DNA of 64,000 bases, taken from assembly GCA_030622115.1 (NCBI GenBank), contig JAUXGN010000007.1, positions 4,547 to 68,546 on the forward strand, written 5' to 3'. The notes beneath the pieces were generated by a model that was given only the letters and a program-made list of their open reading frames with translations, did no database searches and had not been told where the DNA came from. This stretch comes from Candidatus Eiseniibacteriota bacterium (GTDB taxonomy: Bacteria > Joyebacterota > Joyebacteria > Joyebacterales > Joyebacteraceae). Position numbers and translations under genes: made by a program. This document shows, piece after piece, positions 1 to 9,497 of this stretch (position 1 is its first letter; each line of letters begins with the position of its first letter).

Positions 1-197
1 GGCCGTCCAACGTCCCGCAGGACATCGCAGCTCGGGAGTGTGATGAGGTCATACCCGTCAGAGTCCGAGAACACCAGGGCCTGTTGTGAGAACGTCACAG
101 TATGTTCGAGAACGGCCCCTACCGCCGGCATCGTCGTTAGTAAAACGGCGCATAGAATTCCCAGGGCTGCCGCCTTGCTCAATTGTGTGTGCATGTC
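1..197 (-). CDS. N-terminal fragment of a secreted protein (signal peptide); gene continues beyond the window start
   Basis: Reverse strand has AAGGAG 7 nt upstream of an ATG at 195-197. Translation MHTQLSKAAALGILCAVLLTTMPAVGAVLEHTVTF... has a basic n-region and hydrophobic core, and the frame stays open to position 1. Not in the ORF track because no stop lies inside the window. Confidence 0.4.
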
Positions 198-428
198 CGC
201 AGCTCCTTTCGACTGGCGATCCGGATGTCTGAGAGGAACATACCTGCTTACAGGTTGATACTATTGGTTTGAGTTGTCAAGGGAAGGATGCTATAAGAGA
301 ACAGCGTTCAGGTGCTCTTGCCTGTTGCTCTCCTGAGTGTGGTCGTCCTTGAGCGGGAGCGGAGGGTGACCACAGAAAGAAAACAGGGCCCAGGGGACCC
401 CGTTCGCTCTTGGATTTGCGAATCTCTA

Positions 429-515
429 TGGTGCCCGGAGCGAGACTCGAACTCGCACAGGCATAAGCCCACCGCCCCCTCAAGACGGCGTGTCTACCAG
501 TTCCACCATCCGGGC
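429..515 (-). tRNA. tRNA-Leu (anticodon GAG), class II tRNA with long variable arm
   Basis: Reverse complement GCCCGGATGGTGGAACTGGTAGACACGCCGTCTTGAGGGGGCGGTGGGCTTATGCCTGTGCGAGTTCGAGTCTCGCTCCGGGCACCA folds as a cloverleaf: 7-bp acceptor stem, anticodon stem CCGTC/GGCGG, loop TTGAGGG, T-arm GTTCGAGTC, encoded CCA. It sits just downstream of secG, as in E. coli secG-leuU. Confidence 0.85.
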
Positions 516-576
516 AATTCCACTGTACCTCTACAAACACCTCCAACCGGGCTTCGATGTTTGTGAGAAAAGCATA

Positions 577-987
577 CTACTCGTCGGAGCCGTCCTGGGC
601 AATCGGAATCTGCTCCCCAGATGGCTGTGCCTCTGTGCCGGCCTCATCACTACCCGGCAGTCCGCCCTCGAACTGCTGCGGTATCGGCTCTCCGGTTGCC
701 GCTGCAGGAGCCGGCTGCATTCCCCGAAGTCCTTCCTCCACGGTTCCAGGTGTCCTTGTTCGGACGATCAGAGCCATGGAGAGCGAGGAGACCATGAAGA
801 TCACGGCTAGATAGCGGGTGGCCTTCGTCAGAAACGATGCTGCCGTCTGTCCTCCGAAAACCGCTCCCACACCTCCGCCGCCACCGAATGCCCCAGCCAG
901 TCCCCCACCCTTCCCGGATTGGAGGAGAACTGTGACAATCAGCCCCAAGGAGACCAGGATGTGTAGTGCAAGCATGGCTGTGTACAT
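577..987 (-). CDS. secG: preprotein translocase subunit SecG (with an acidic/Pro-rich C-terminal tail)
   Basis: MYTAMLALHILVSLGLIVTVLLQSGKGGGLAGAFGG...FLTKATRYLAVIFMVSSLSMALI matches the conserved SecG two-TM core. The ATG at 987 is preceded by GGGAGGT. The longer ORF (to 1230) would overlap tpiA. Confidence 0.8.
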   Translation of the reverse strand: MYTAMLALHILVSLGLIVTVLLQSGKGGGLAGAFGGGGGVGAVFGGQTAASFLTKATRYLAVIFMVSSLSMALIVRTRTPGTVEEGLRGMQPAPAAATGEPIPQQFEGGLPGSDEAGTEAQPSGEQIPIAQDGSDE

Positions 988-1045
988 CGACTGATACCTC
1001 CCGCGTGCCGTGGCACGGTCTGATGCCGCGCTCACGCGGCCGTGA

Positions 1046-1819
1046 TCATTGCTGCGCCTGGACAGCAGCTCCGATGATTCCAGCAAAAGCGCCAGCATCA
1101 AGGCTCGCGCCGCCGACGAGCACACCATCGACATCGCTTTCCGCCATGAGGCCGGCCGTGTTGTCCGGATTGACGCTGCCGCCGTACAGAACCCGAAGTC
1201 CGTCTGCGACGACATTACCAAAGATAGCACCTACCGACCGCCGAATCAAGCCATGAACCACATTCGCCTGATCAGGAGTTGCACTTAGCCCCGTCCCGAT
1301 AGCCCAGACCGGCTCGTAGGCGAGCACGATCCTCCCGGCGTGGTCCGGCGCCACTCCCTTGAGCGCGCTTTTGACCTGTTCCACCACGATATGCTCGGTT
1401 TTGCCGGCCTCGCGTTCCGCAAGGGCCTCTCCCACGCATACAATGGGGGTCAGTGTGCCGGAAAGCACCTTCAAGAGCTTACGATTCACATCCTCGTCCG
1501 ATTCCCCAAAGAGAGCGCGTCGCTCCGAGTGCCCGATCAGCACGTGTGAGACACCGAGCGACTCAAGCATCTCAGTCGAAATCTCGCCGGTGAAGGCGCC
1601 TGCGGACTCCCAGTACACGTTCTGTGCGCCGATCGCGATGCCGCATTCGCGAGTAGCGTCGACCGCGGTCTCAAGAACGGCCGACGGTGGACAGATAAGC
1701 ACTTCCGGCGGAGTGTCGATCCCTGCGATCCTGTTCCTGAGCGTCAGGAGAAATCGACGTGCTTGATAGGGCGTCTTGTTCAACTTCCAGTTGCCCGCGA
1801 TGACCGGTCTTCTCGACAC
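1046..1819 (-). CDS. tpiA: triosephosphate isomerase
   Basis: N-terminus MSRRPVIAGNWKLNK plus motifs HSERR, AYEPVWAIGTG and GGSV. GTG start with AAGGAG upstream. Confidence 0.9.
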   Translation of the reverse strand: MSRRPVIAGNWKLNKTPYQARRFLLTLRNRIAGIDTPPEVLICPPSAVLETAVDATRECGIAIGAQNVYWESAGAFTGEISTEMLESLGVSHVLIGHSERRALFGESDEDVNRKLLKVLSGTLTPIVCVGEALAEREAGKTEHIVVEQVKSALKGVAPDHAGRIVLAYEPVWAIGTGLSATPDQANVVHGLIRRSVGAIFGNVVADGLRVLYGGSVNPDNTAGLMAESDVDGVLVGGASLDAGAFAGIIGAAVQAQQ

Positions 1820-1836
1820 TGTCTCATAGCTCCTTG

Positions 1837-3036
1837 TCAGGCGTCGGTGAGGGCTTCTATCGCCGGAAGAGCCTTGCCCTCGAGGACGGCCAGTGATGCT
1901 CCTCCGCCTGTAGATATGTGGCTTATCCGATCGGCAACACCGGCGCGCCCCACGGCGGCGATAGAATCACCACCGCCGACTATGCTGATTGCGCCCGAGT
2001 CGGTCGCTTTCGCGACTGCTTCAGCCAGAGCGAGTGTTCCGCGGGAGAAGGCGTCCAACTCGAACACACCCACCGGTCCGTTCCAGACGATGGTCTTCGC
2101 ACCTGAGATGGCCTCCGAAAAAGCGCGGATGGTCTGTGGGCCTATGTCGAGCCCCTTCCATCCCGCCTCGATCGAGTCGGCGGGAACGATCCTGGTCTCG
2201 GCTTCCTCAGAGATCTCTCGTGCGACGACAACGTCGTTCGGAAGGAGCAGCGTCTTGCCGTCGGCCTGAGCGCGTTTGAGCATACGTGCGGCCGTCTCCA
2301 AGCGGTCGTCTTCGACAAGCGAGTCGCCGATGGACAGTCCCTTCGCCTTCAGAAAGGTGAAGGCCATGCCCCCACCGATCAAGAGGATATCAAGCATCGG
2401 CATGAGGTTCTCAATGACGCCGATCTTGCCTGAGACCTTGGCTCCACCCAGAATGGCCGCGTATGGGCGCTCGGGCGAGGCGGTTGCCTTGGTGAGATTT
2501 CGCAGTTCGTTCTCGATCAGGAACCCCATCGCGCATTCATCCAAGTGGTCGGTTACTCCCACGGTCGAAGCGTGGGCGCGGTGAGCCGTCCCGAAGGCGT
2601 CGTCTACATAGACATCACCCATCCGTGCCAGACGACGGGCGAAATCGGGCTCGTTCTTGGTCTCTCCCGCGTGGAAGCGGAGGTTCTCAAGAAGCGTGAC
2701 GTCCCCGTCGTTCATTTGGGCTACCACACCCTCAGTCGTGTCTCCCACACAGTCCGGGGCCATCGTTACACCTCGGCCGATGAGCTTCGAAAGTCGTTCC
2801 GAGACCGGTCTCAAGCTCAGTTCCGGAATACTCATGCCCTTCGGACGCCCGAGGTGAGACATGAGAACTGCCTTCCCGCCGTGCTTCCTTATGAACTCGA
2901 TCGTCGGGAGAGCCGCCCTTATGCGCGTATCGTCGCCAACGCGGTCGTCGCTCCCGAGCGGGACATTGAAATCGACGCGTGTCAGGACTCGTTTCCCTCT
3001 CAGATCGAGGTCTCTCAGACGCTTCTTTGCTGTCAT
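1837..3036 (-). CDS. pgk: phosphoglycerate kinase
   Basis: 399 aa with RVDFNVP, MSHLGRP and GGGAS motifs. The stop overlaps the RBS region of tpiA. Confidence 0.95.
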   Translation of the reverse strand: MTAKKRLRDLDLRGKRVLTRVDFNVPLGSDDRVGDDTRIRAALPTIEFIRKHGGKAVLMSHLGRPKGMSIPELSLRPVSERLSKLIGRGVTMAPDCVGDTTEGVVAQMNDGDVTLLENLRFHAGETKNEPDFARRLARMGDVYVDDAFGTAHRAHASTVGVTDHLDECAMGFLIENELRNLTKATASPERPYAAILGGAKVSGKIGVIENLMPMLDILLIGGGMAFTFLKAKGLSIGDSLVEDDRLETAARMLKRAQADGKTLLLPNDVVVAREISEEAETRIVPADSIEAGWKGLDIGPQTIRAFSEAISGAKTIVWNGPVGVFELDAFSRGTLALAEAVAKATDSGAISIVGGGDSIAAVGRAGVADRISHISTGGGASLAVLEGKALPAIEALTDA

Positions 3037-3045
3037 GATTCAACC

Positions 3046-4056
3046 CTACCTGCTCGCCACGAGCTTCATCATGTCGACCATGCGAGAGGCATAGCCGGCT
3101 TCATTGTCATACCACCCGAGTATCTTAACGAGGTCGCCGCCGGTCACGGTGGTGAGCCCGCTGTCGAAGATGCAGGAGTGCCTGTCTCCGACTATGTCTA
3201 TGGAGACGAGCGGTTCATCGGTGTAGCGGAGGTAGTCCTTAAGAGGACCTTCCTTCGATGCCTTGAGGAACGCGGCATTGACCTCTTCCGCAGAGGTCTT
3301 CTTCTCCACGTGCACCACGAAATCAACAAGTGATCCGTCAGGTGTTGGAACACGAACCGCCATTCCCTCGAGCCTCCCGGCCATGTCCGGGATGACGAGC
3401 GCAATCGCCTTGGCCGCCCCGGTCGTTGTCGGGATCATGCTGACTGCCGCAGCCCTTGCGCGCCTCAGGTCACTGTGAGGCAGATCGAGTATCTTCTGAT
3501 CGTTCGTATAAGCGTGGATCGTCGTCATGACGCCCTTGATCACACCGAAATTGTTATTCAGTACACTGATCATCGGTGCAGCACAGTTCGTGGTGCAGGA
3601 AGCCGTGGATATGATGTGATGATTATCCGGTTCGTAGAGAGCGTCGTTGACGCCCATCACGATGGAGATATCGATGCCCTTGCCCTTGCCGGGGGCGGAG
3701 ATCATCACCTTGCGGGCGCCGGCCGTCAGATGCTTCGCGGCACCCTCACGAGTGCGGAAGGCGCCGGTCGCCTCGATAACGACATCAACATCGAGCTTGC
3801 CCCAATCGAGCTTCTCTGGATCCCTCTGGGAGAAAACGGGGATGCTCTCACCGTCGACAACGATGTTCCCGCCTTCTACGCTCACTTCCCCATCGTATAC
3901 CCCGTGCACGGAGTCGTACTTGAAGAGGTGTGCCAGGGTCGCCGCGTCGGTCAGGTCATTCACAGCCACGATGTCGAAATCGGGGTTGTGTCTCGCAAAG
4001 CGAAGCACGAGCCGACCTATCCTGCCGAATCCGTTGATCGCGTACTTGAGAGCCAT
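3046..4056 (-). CDS. gap: glyceraldehyde-3-phosphate dehydrogenase
   Basis: INGFGRIGR Rossmann motif and the SCTTNC catalytic-Cys motif. AGGAGG RBS. Confidence 0.95.
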   Translation of the reverse strand: MALKYAINGFGRIGRLVLRFARHNPDFDIVAVNDLTDAATLAHLFKYDSVHGVYDGEVSVEGGNIVVDGESIPVFSQRDPEKLDWGKLDVDVVIEATGAFRTREGAAKHLTAGARKVMISAPGKGKGIDISIVMGVNDALYEPDNHHIISTASCTTNCAAPMISVLNNNFGVIKGVMTTIHAYTNDQKILDLPHSDLRRARAAAVSMIPTTTGAAKAIALVIPDMAGRLEGMAVRVPTPDGSLVDFVVHVEKKTSAEEVNAAFLKASKEGPLKDYLRYTDEPLVSIDIVGDRHSCIFDSGLTTVTGGDLVKILGWYDNEAGYASRMVDMMKLVASR

Positions 4057-4064
4057 GCTTCCTC

Positions 4065-4988
4065 CTAGGCCTTGCCTGCCGAACCGAAAAGCTCGATCTT
4101 GGACTTGACGAGTTCCTTCATGCCTTCACGCGTGGCCCCGAGGATCTTCCTCGGATCGAACACCTCGGGGTTCTCGGCCAGTATCTGGCGCGCGTACCCC
4201 GTGAATGCCAGGCGCAAATCCGTGTCGATGTTCACCTTCGCAATTCCAAATGGGATCGCCTCTCGGATGCTCTCGGGCGGCACGCCCTTTGCCCCAGGCA
4301 GCTCCGCTCCGTACTTGCGAGCAAGATCGAGAACCTCCGGAGGGACTGCCGAGGCGCCGTGCAGCACAAGAGGTACTGACACGAGCTCAGCTATCTTCTC
4401 GAGCCGGTCGATGGCCAGCTTCGCATCTCCCTTGAACTTGTATGCGCCGTGTGAAGTTCCTATGGCAATCGCCAGCGAGTCACAGCCGCTTGATTCCACA
4501 AACTCCGCTGCCTGGTTGGGATCGGTCATGGCAGCGTCGCGCTCGTCCACGGCGATCTCGTCTTCCACTCCCATCAACCTGCCGAGTTCGGCTTCGACAC
4601 TGATGCCCATCGGGTGGGCGAGTTCCACAACCGCCCGCGTCTCCTCGATGTTCTCCGCAAACGGAAGGTGCGACCCATCGATCATCACCGATGTCCAGCC
4701 GTTATCTATGCAACCGCGGATGACATCGAGGTCGGTTCCGTGATCGAGGTGCAGAGAGGCCGGCACGCCGGTCTCGTCCGAGAAGTTCCTGACGAGGTCG
4801 TGAAGGTTCTTGTAGCCGGCATACTTGATGGCCGACTGAGATGTGGCGATGATCACGGGCGAGTTGAGTTCAGCTGCAGCTTCAAAGATAGCGGCCGTGA
4901 TCTCAAGGTTGCTCGTGTTGAACGCGCCAACAGCGTAGCCGCCCTGACGAGCGGGCACCATCAGCTCATTGTTGTCCAGAAGTGGCAT
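4065..4988 (-). CDS. fba: fructose-bisphosphate aldolase, class II
   Basis: YAVGAFN N-terminal motif, LHLDHG, and length typical of class II (Zn-dependent) FBA. AGGAG RBS. Confidence 0.9.
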   Translation of the reverse strand: MPLLDNNELMVPARQGGYAVGAFNTSNLEITAAIFEAAAELNSPVIIATSQSAIKYAGYKNLHDLVRNFSDETGVPASLHLDHGTDLDVIRGCIDNGWTSVMIDGSHLPFAENIEETRAVVELAHPMGISVEAELGRLMGVEDEIAVDERDAAMTDPNQAAEFVESSGCDSLAIAIGTSHGAYKFKGDAKLAIDRLEKIAELVSVPLVLHGASAVPPEVLDLARKYGAELPGAKGVPPESIREAIPFGIAKVNIDTDLRLAFTGYARQILAENPEVFDPRKILGATREGMKELVKSKIELFGSAGKA

Positions 4989-4996
4989 GAGAACTC

Positions 4997-6040
4997 CTAT
5001 CCAAAGAATGTCCTGGCGACCTCATAAAGCTCTGAGTCGACCCGCTTGATACACTCCATCGCGTGGGCCATCTCCACTGGAATGACCTTGTCCCCTTGCA
5101 GACTCGTCATCTTGCCGAACTGACCGGCGTGAATGAGGTCGGCCGCGAGAACGCCGAAGCGTGTGCCGAGGACGCGGTCAAACGCAGTTGGTGTTCCGCC
5201 GCGCTGAGTGTATCCAAGCACGGTCACGCGTGTCTCGTATCCCGTGCGCTCTTCGATCACCTTGGCAATCCTGTTCCCGATGCCCCCGAGGCGGACGTGA
5301 CCGAACGCATCCGTCACCTTGGACTGGACAACGAGCTCTGCCTCATCGTCGTCATTCGTGGGATACTCGGCGCCCTCCGAGACAACGACGATACTGAAGT
5401 TCTTGCCCCTGGCATGACGCTTCTGGATGACCTCACAGACCTCATCGATAGTGAAGGGAACCTCGGGTATGAGGATAAGGTCAGCTCCACCTGCGATGCC
5501 CGACTTGACGGCAATCCAACCCGCGCCTCTTCCCATCACCTCGACCACCACGACCCTGTTGTGCGACTCCGCGGTTGTGTGGAGACGGTCGATCGCCTCT
5601 GTAGCGATGTGCACAGCCGTATCGAATCCGAACGTGAAGTCGGTCCCGTTGATGTCATTATCGATCGTCTTTGGCACTCCGACGAGAGGGAACCCATCCT
5701 GCCAGAGGTGGAGTGCGACGCCCAACGTATCCTCGCCACCGACGGCCACGATGCCGTTCAGGTTGAGTTCAGAGAGCGTCTCCTTGACCCGATCTACACC
5801 GTTCTTCTCTTTGTAGACATTCGTCCTGGATGTTCCGAGGATCGTCCCACCGCGAGGGAGAATTCCGGAGACCTCGTCCAGACCGAGAGGTCGGTGGTCG
5901 TTCTTGAGAACTCCAGCCCAACCGTATCTGAACCCGATCACCTCACCACCATACTTGCTGATCGTCCGTCTGACGATCGCCCTGATAACCGCGTTGAGAC
6001 CTGGGCAGTCTCCTCCACCTGTCAGGATTCCTACCTTCAT
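4997..6040 (-). CDS. pfk: 6-phosphofructokinase, predicted pyrophosphate-dependent
   Basis: MKVGILTGGGDCPGLNAV N-terminus. GGEDT occupies the position of the GGDGS motif, and PKTIDNDI has Lys where ATP-PFKs have Gly; Asp/Lys at these two sites are the classic PPi-PFK signatures. ATG at 6040 is preceded by GGAGGGAGCG; the track start at 6052 is a TTG. Confidence 0.85.
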   Translation of the reverse strand: MKVGILTGGGDCPGLNAVIRAIVRRTISKYGGEVIGFRYGWAGVLKNDHRPLGLDEVSGILPRGGTILGTSRTNVYKEKNGVDRVKETLSELNLNGIVAVGGEDTLGVALHLWQDGFPLVGVPKTIDNDINGTDFTFGFDTAVHIATEAIDRLHTTAESHNRVVVVEVMGRGAGWIAVKSGIAGGADLILIPEVPFTIDEVCEVIQKRHARGKNFSIVVVSEGAEYPTNDDDEAELVVQSKVTDAFGHVRLGGIGNRIAKVIEERTGYETRVTVLGYTQRGGTPTAFDRVLGTRFGVLAADLIHAGQFGKMTSLQGDKVIPVEMAHAMECIKRVDSELYEVARTFFG

Positions 6041-6159
6041 CGCTCCCTCCAACCGCTTCCTGAGTGTTTTCTCAGCGAGTCAATCACAATCAAATCAGAA
6101 TAGTCTCGCTCAGGGCCACTGTCAACCCGTTTTGGTCTCTACGTACCCCTGACAGAAGA

Positions 6160-6184
6160 GCACCCGCGCCGACGGCGCGGGTGC
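6160..6184 (-). terminator. GC-rich hairpin (11-bp stem GCACCCGCGCC/GGCGCGGGTGC, loop GACG) downstream of the 6229..8427 gene
   Basis: Perfect inverted repeat read directly. On the minus strand it is followed by TCTTCTGTCAG (weak U-tract). It lies between two same-strand genes. Confidence 0.4.
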
Positions 6185-6228
6185 CCCAAGACACAGTCCG
6201 CCTCTCTCGAACCTCGATTGTGGTGATA

Positions 6229-8427
6229 CTACTTGAGCATGACCATCTTGCGGCTTGCCTCGAAGCCCGGCGTATCGATGCGATAGAAATAGACGCCGCT
6301 TGCGCACTGTCGTCCCTCAGCGTCACGGCCGTCCCAGACGACCGAGCCCGAGTGTCCGGCATCGACGTCGGCATCCAGAAGCGTACGCACGAGCTTCCCG
6401 GCGACATCGTGGACCCCGATGGTCACGTGTTCGGCGTCCCTGACGCTGTAGGCGATCGTGGCAATCGGGTTGAACGGGTTGGGATGCGACTGAGAAAGCC
6501 TGTTCCGGAACTGCCCATGGTCAACGTCCGTCGGGAACTCCGATGGCTCGACCTCGAAGTAGTCCATGATATTCTCAAGAAGATCCACAACATGTGCGAA
6601 CCCGTTTTCGTGAATGGGGAAGTCTCCGCCACTGATGCGTTCTCCGACGATGGACTCCAGACCGAAGCAGAGATAGACCGTCTGACAGTGGAGCACAGGG
6701 TTGTCATACGCGACCCCGCCCCCCCGGCCGTTAACCGGAAATCCGCACACGTACTGAGCGTACTCCCCAAGGGCGTCCGTGAGGACACAATCGTACAGGT
6801 TTACACGCGGGCAACCCCTGCGAAGCCAGCAGTCGTTGCTCAGGAACGTGTCATCCCCCCAAGCATCAACCACGAGAAGTGGCCAATCTACGAAGTGGAT
6901 CTCCCCATTGTAGACAGAGTACAGGTAATGGTCGAAGAAGTTGGTCTGATCTGCACCGAACACGCTGAGATCTGTGCCGATCCTGTTGCCGGCCAGAAGG
7001 AGGTTCCTCTCGGCGCCCAGGTTGAGTGCGTCGGAGAGCCAAGTCTCGAGCGTGATCTGGTCGGAGAGCGTGACTGTGTTCTCCTCCAGATCGTTTGTGA
7101 ACCAGATGACGGTCTCGTAGTTCCGGAGTCCCTCGATGTCGGGCCCCTGCGAACTCGTTGCGTCACCGAGTGGATCTCTGACATCGTACACGTTGTAGTC
7201 CGTCCCGAAGCCCAGGACGTCGAGGGCTTCTCGGTAGTAGTGCTCTGATTCGTACGTGTAGTCCCCGTTCTCGTCCGGCGTGAGCTCGCCGTGCTTGTCT
7301 ACCACGAGGATCCCGACTGTCTCGGGCCCCTCGGCGATGATTGGCAGGATGGAGAACTCGAAGTATGGGCCGCCAGGATCGCCGGGATAGTAAGACTCGT
7401 TCCCGTAGGGATCGAGGGCCCGGTAGTAGTACCAGATCTCTTTGCCCGGATCCATCAGGTCGACGGGCGCCGAGGCCTCCCACCAGTCCGCCAGGTCGGA
7501 CGTCAGCGCATACGAGTTCCAGCTGGCGCCGCCATTGTTCGATGCGAAGAGGTGCACATCGGAAACACCGTCCTCATCGCGAACTCGCACACGGGCCTGA
7601 TCGTCGAGGGCCTCTCCGGGCAAGAGCTCGTGATCGAACCAGTCCTTGAAGAGATCTTCTCGATCGCAGTGCCATCGCGTTTCCCCGGCGCAGGAGACCG
7701 CACCAACGCGGACCCTGTTGAGGAAGACGCCTCCCCGGGCCGAGCCGGGCTCGTGGTCCTCCTCGTTCCAGAGAAACAAGTGGAGCCCCAACCAATCCAG
7801 ATCCATCACGTGAGCCAGGTCGGTCTCCACGACCTCCCATGCTGGTCCGCCGCGCCAACTGGCTTTCGGGTATCCCGCACCGATCGGCTCTACCACATAC
7901 AGGGGATCATCTGACGCTCGGTCCAGCAGGACGTAGAAGTCGTGGGCCTGACGGGGGCAGTCAACCCAGATCTCCCAGCGGGCAACGAGGTTGGACGCTC
8001 CCGAGACATTGATCGCCGGGCTAGCAAGCTCGGCAGACTCACCATCGACCACGTGACCTGTGAAGGGATCTACCGCAGCGTACATCCACGATCCCGCGGG
8101 CCTGTCGTCACACGTCGGGGTCCGGCCTGTGTCGAAGTCAATCCCGGTCTGCCCGCGCCAGAACCTAACGCCTGTCTGCGGGTCCGCGTGGTCGTATGAG
8201 AGCCATCCCGCATTGTCTCCAGTCAGATCTTCGAAATCGGCATCGAATATCCAGAGCGTCTCACACTCGCTCCGGGACAACTGGGGGGCGACACTTGCCG
8301 GAGATCCGATCAGCCGCGGCGCCGGCCTACCGATGTCAGTGACCTTGCGATCGTCGGACCGTGAGTCCTGTGCAAGTAACGCAAGAAGAACACAAATGAC
8401 GCACACGGCCAAGAGAGTGCGCTTCAC
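6229..8427 (-). CDS. large secreted protein with C-terminal T9SS-type (FlgD-like Ig) sorting domain
   Basis: GTG start with GGAGGTG RBS gives VKRTLLAVCVICVLLALLAQ (signal peptide). The C-terminal ~90 aa contain HPNPFNP...VYFYRI, matching the Por/T9SS C-terminal domain consensus. Function of the body is unknown. Confidence 0.6.
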   Translation of the reverse strand: MKRTLLAVCVICVLLALLAQDSRSDDRKVTDIGRPAPRLIGSPASVAPQLSRSECETLWIFDADFEDLTGDNAGWLSYDHADPQTGVRFWRGQTGIDFDTGRTPTCDDRPAGSWMYAAVDPFTGHVVDGESAELASPAINVSGASNLVARWEIWVDCPRQAHDFYVLLDRASDDPLYVVEPIGAGYPKASWRGGPAWEVVETDLAHVMDLDWLGLHLFLWNEEDHEPGSARGGVFLNRVRVGAVSCAGETRWHCDREDLFKDWFDHELLPGEALDDQARVRVRDEDGVSDVHLFASNNGGASWNSYALTSDLADWWEASAPVDLMDPGKEIWYYYRALDPYGNESYYPGDPGGPYFEFSILPIIAEGPETVGILVVDKHGELTPDENGDYTYESEHYYREALDVLGFGTDYNVYDVRDPLGDATSSQGPDIEGLRNYETVIWFTNDLEENTVTLSDQITLETWLSDALNLGAERNLLLAGNRIGTDLSVFGADQTNFFDHYLYSVYNGEIHFVDWPLLVVDAWGDDTFLSNDCWLRRGCPRVNLYDCVLTDALGEYAQYVCGFPVNGRGGGVAYDNPVLHCQTVYLCFGLESIVGERISGGDFPIHENGFAHVVDLLENIMDYFEVEPSEFPTDVDHGQFRNRLSQSHPNPFNPIATIAYSVRDAEHVTIGVHDVAGKLVRTLLDADVDAGHSGSVVWDGRDAEGRQCASGVYFYRIDTPGFEASRKMVMLK

Positions 8428-8706
8428 TACGATCACCTCCTCTGTTTGAAGGGGAGTCAAGTACCGGCACTCCTGCATGCCGTGGGGCAACACTTCCGGA
8501 CCTTCCGAAGCCTGGCTCGTGACAAACATCCGCCGGGGGTGCGGATGGATCTCATCCTCACCCGAGGGGCACGCATATGCGACTGATGCCAAATTATCAC
8601 ATACATTGTACCGTCATCATGCACGGCGACACAAGGCCATTCTGAGATCCATTAGGCAAAGCACACGCACATCGTGACCCTCCCAGCCGAGTGAGGAAGC
8701 CGGCCT

Positions 8707-9444
8707 CTATGGGGGCCCAGCAACCGCGACCAGGGCGACGGAATCGGCTCCCGCCTCAAGCACGGCTGCCCCGGCGGCTCGCAGTGTTGCACCAGTCGTC
8801 ACCACATCATCAAGGAGGAGGACGCGATGATGGGCCAGCTCGCCTCCTCGCGCCTGGAACGCCCGCAGGGTGTTGGTGAATCGGAGCGCTCTCTCCAGCC
8901 GTGCCTGGCTTTCCGTCGCACGGGTCCTTGCGAGTGCGTGCGGTAGAACAGGGAGGGCCATGCGGTCACCAAGCTTGTGAGCGATTAGAAGGGCCTGGTT
9001 GTATCCCCTCTCCCTCCTTCTGGTGGAGTGCAGAGGAACAGGAACGATGAGATCGCATTCCGATGGCGCGGCGAGGGCAGCGGCCGAGGCCAGGAGCTCC
9101 GCCAGTGAAACGGCGCCTTGGTACTTGAACGCGTGAATAACGGCACGTACGACGCCTTCGAACGGCAGCGCGTAACTCACGCTAAGGAGACACTCGCGCG
9201 AGTGCTTCACAAGAGCATCGGCGCCGGTCCCATCTTCTGCATCGGCGTACGAAAGCGGCATGGTACGTGAAGCCGCATTGAGAGAACGGGCGCATGCCCG
9301 ACAGAGATGCTTCTCTCCGTCTTCCATGTGCATTCCACATCCGATGCAGGAGTCCGGGCAGGCGAATGCCAGGAGTGCTCGAACGACACGTAGAGATGAG
9401 TTCCGGACTGTCACGAGAGGGCACCAGGGAGCGTTCTGGAACAA
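8707..9444 (-). CDS. comF: ComF family phosphoribosyltransferase-domain protein
   Basis: N-terminal Cys pairs (CIGCG...CRAC) and a C-terminal PRTase motif LLLDDVVTTGATL. Confidence 0.7.
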   Translation of the reverse strand: MFQNAPWCPLVTVRNSSLRVVRALLAFACPDSCIGCGMHMEDGEKHLCRACARSLNAASRTMPLSYADAEDGTGADALVKHSRECLLSVSYALPFEGVVRAVIHAFKYQGAVSLAELLASAAALAAPSECDLIVPVPLHSTRRRERGYNQALLIAHKLGDRMALPVLPHALARTRATESQARLERALRFTNTLRAFQARGGELAHHRVLLLDDVVTTGATLRAAGAAVLEAGADSVALVAVAGPP

Positions 9445-9497
9445 GATGGTCCGGGGTAAGACGGCGCCGAGTGTCAGGCGCCCGCTCGGGCGATCAC

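Noticed and set aside
373-402. Possible rho-independent terminator downstream of tRNA-Leu (GC-rich GGGCCC...GGGGACCCC segment followed by a T-run on the minus strand)
   Set aside because: I could not derive a convincing uninterrupted stem by eye, so it is not listed as a feature, though a terminator here is plausible.
5063-7248. Long plus-strand ORFs (5063..6103, 6064..7248, also 36454..37650, 53279..54370, 55968..56750, 58192..59553 and others) of 260-450 aa
   Set aside because: They lie antisense to minus-strand genes with unmistakable conserved motifs (pfk, the CTD protein, aldehyde dehydrogenase, YfhO, AP-family enzymes). Their translations are Arg/Ser/Pro-rich low-complexity sequence typical of shadow ORFs in high-GC DNA, and none has an RBS or a recognisable domain.
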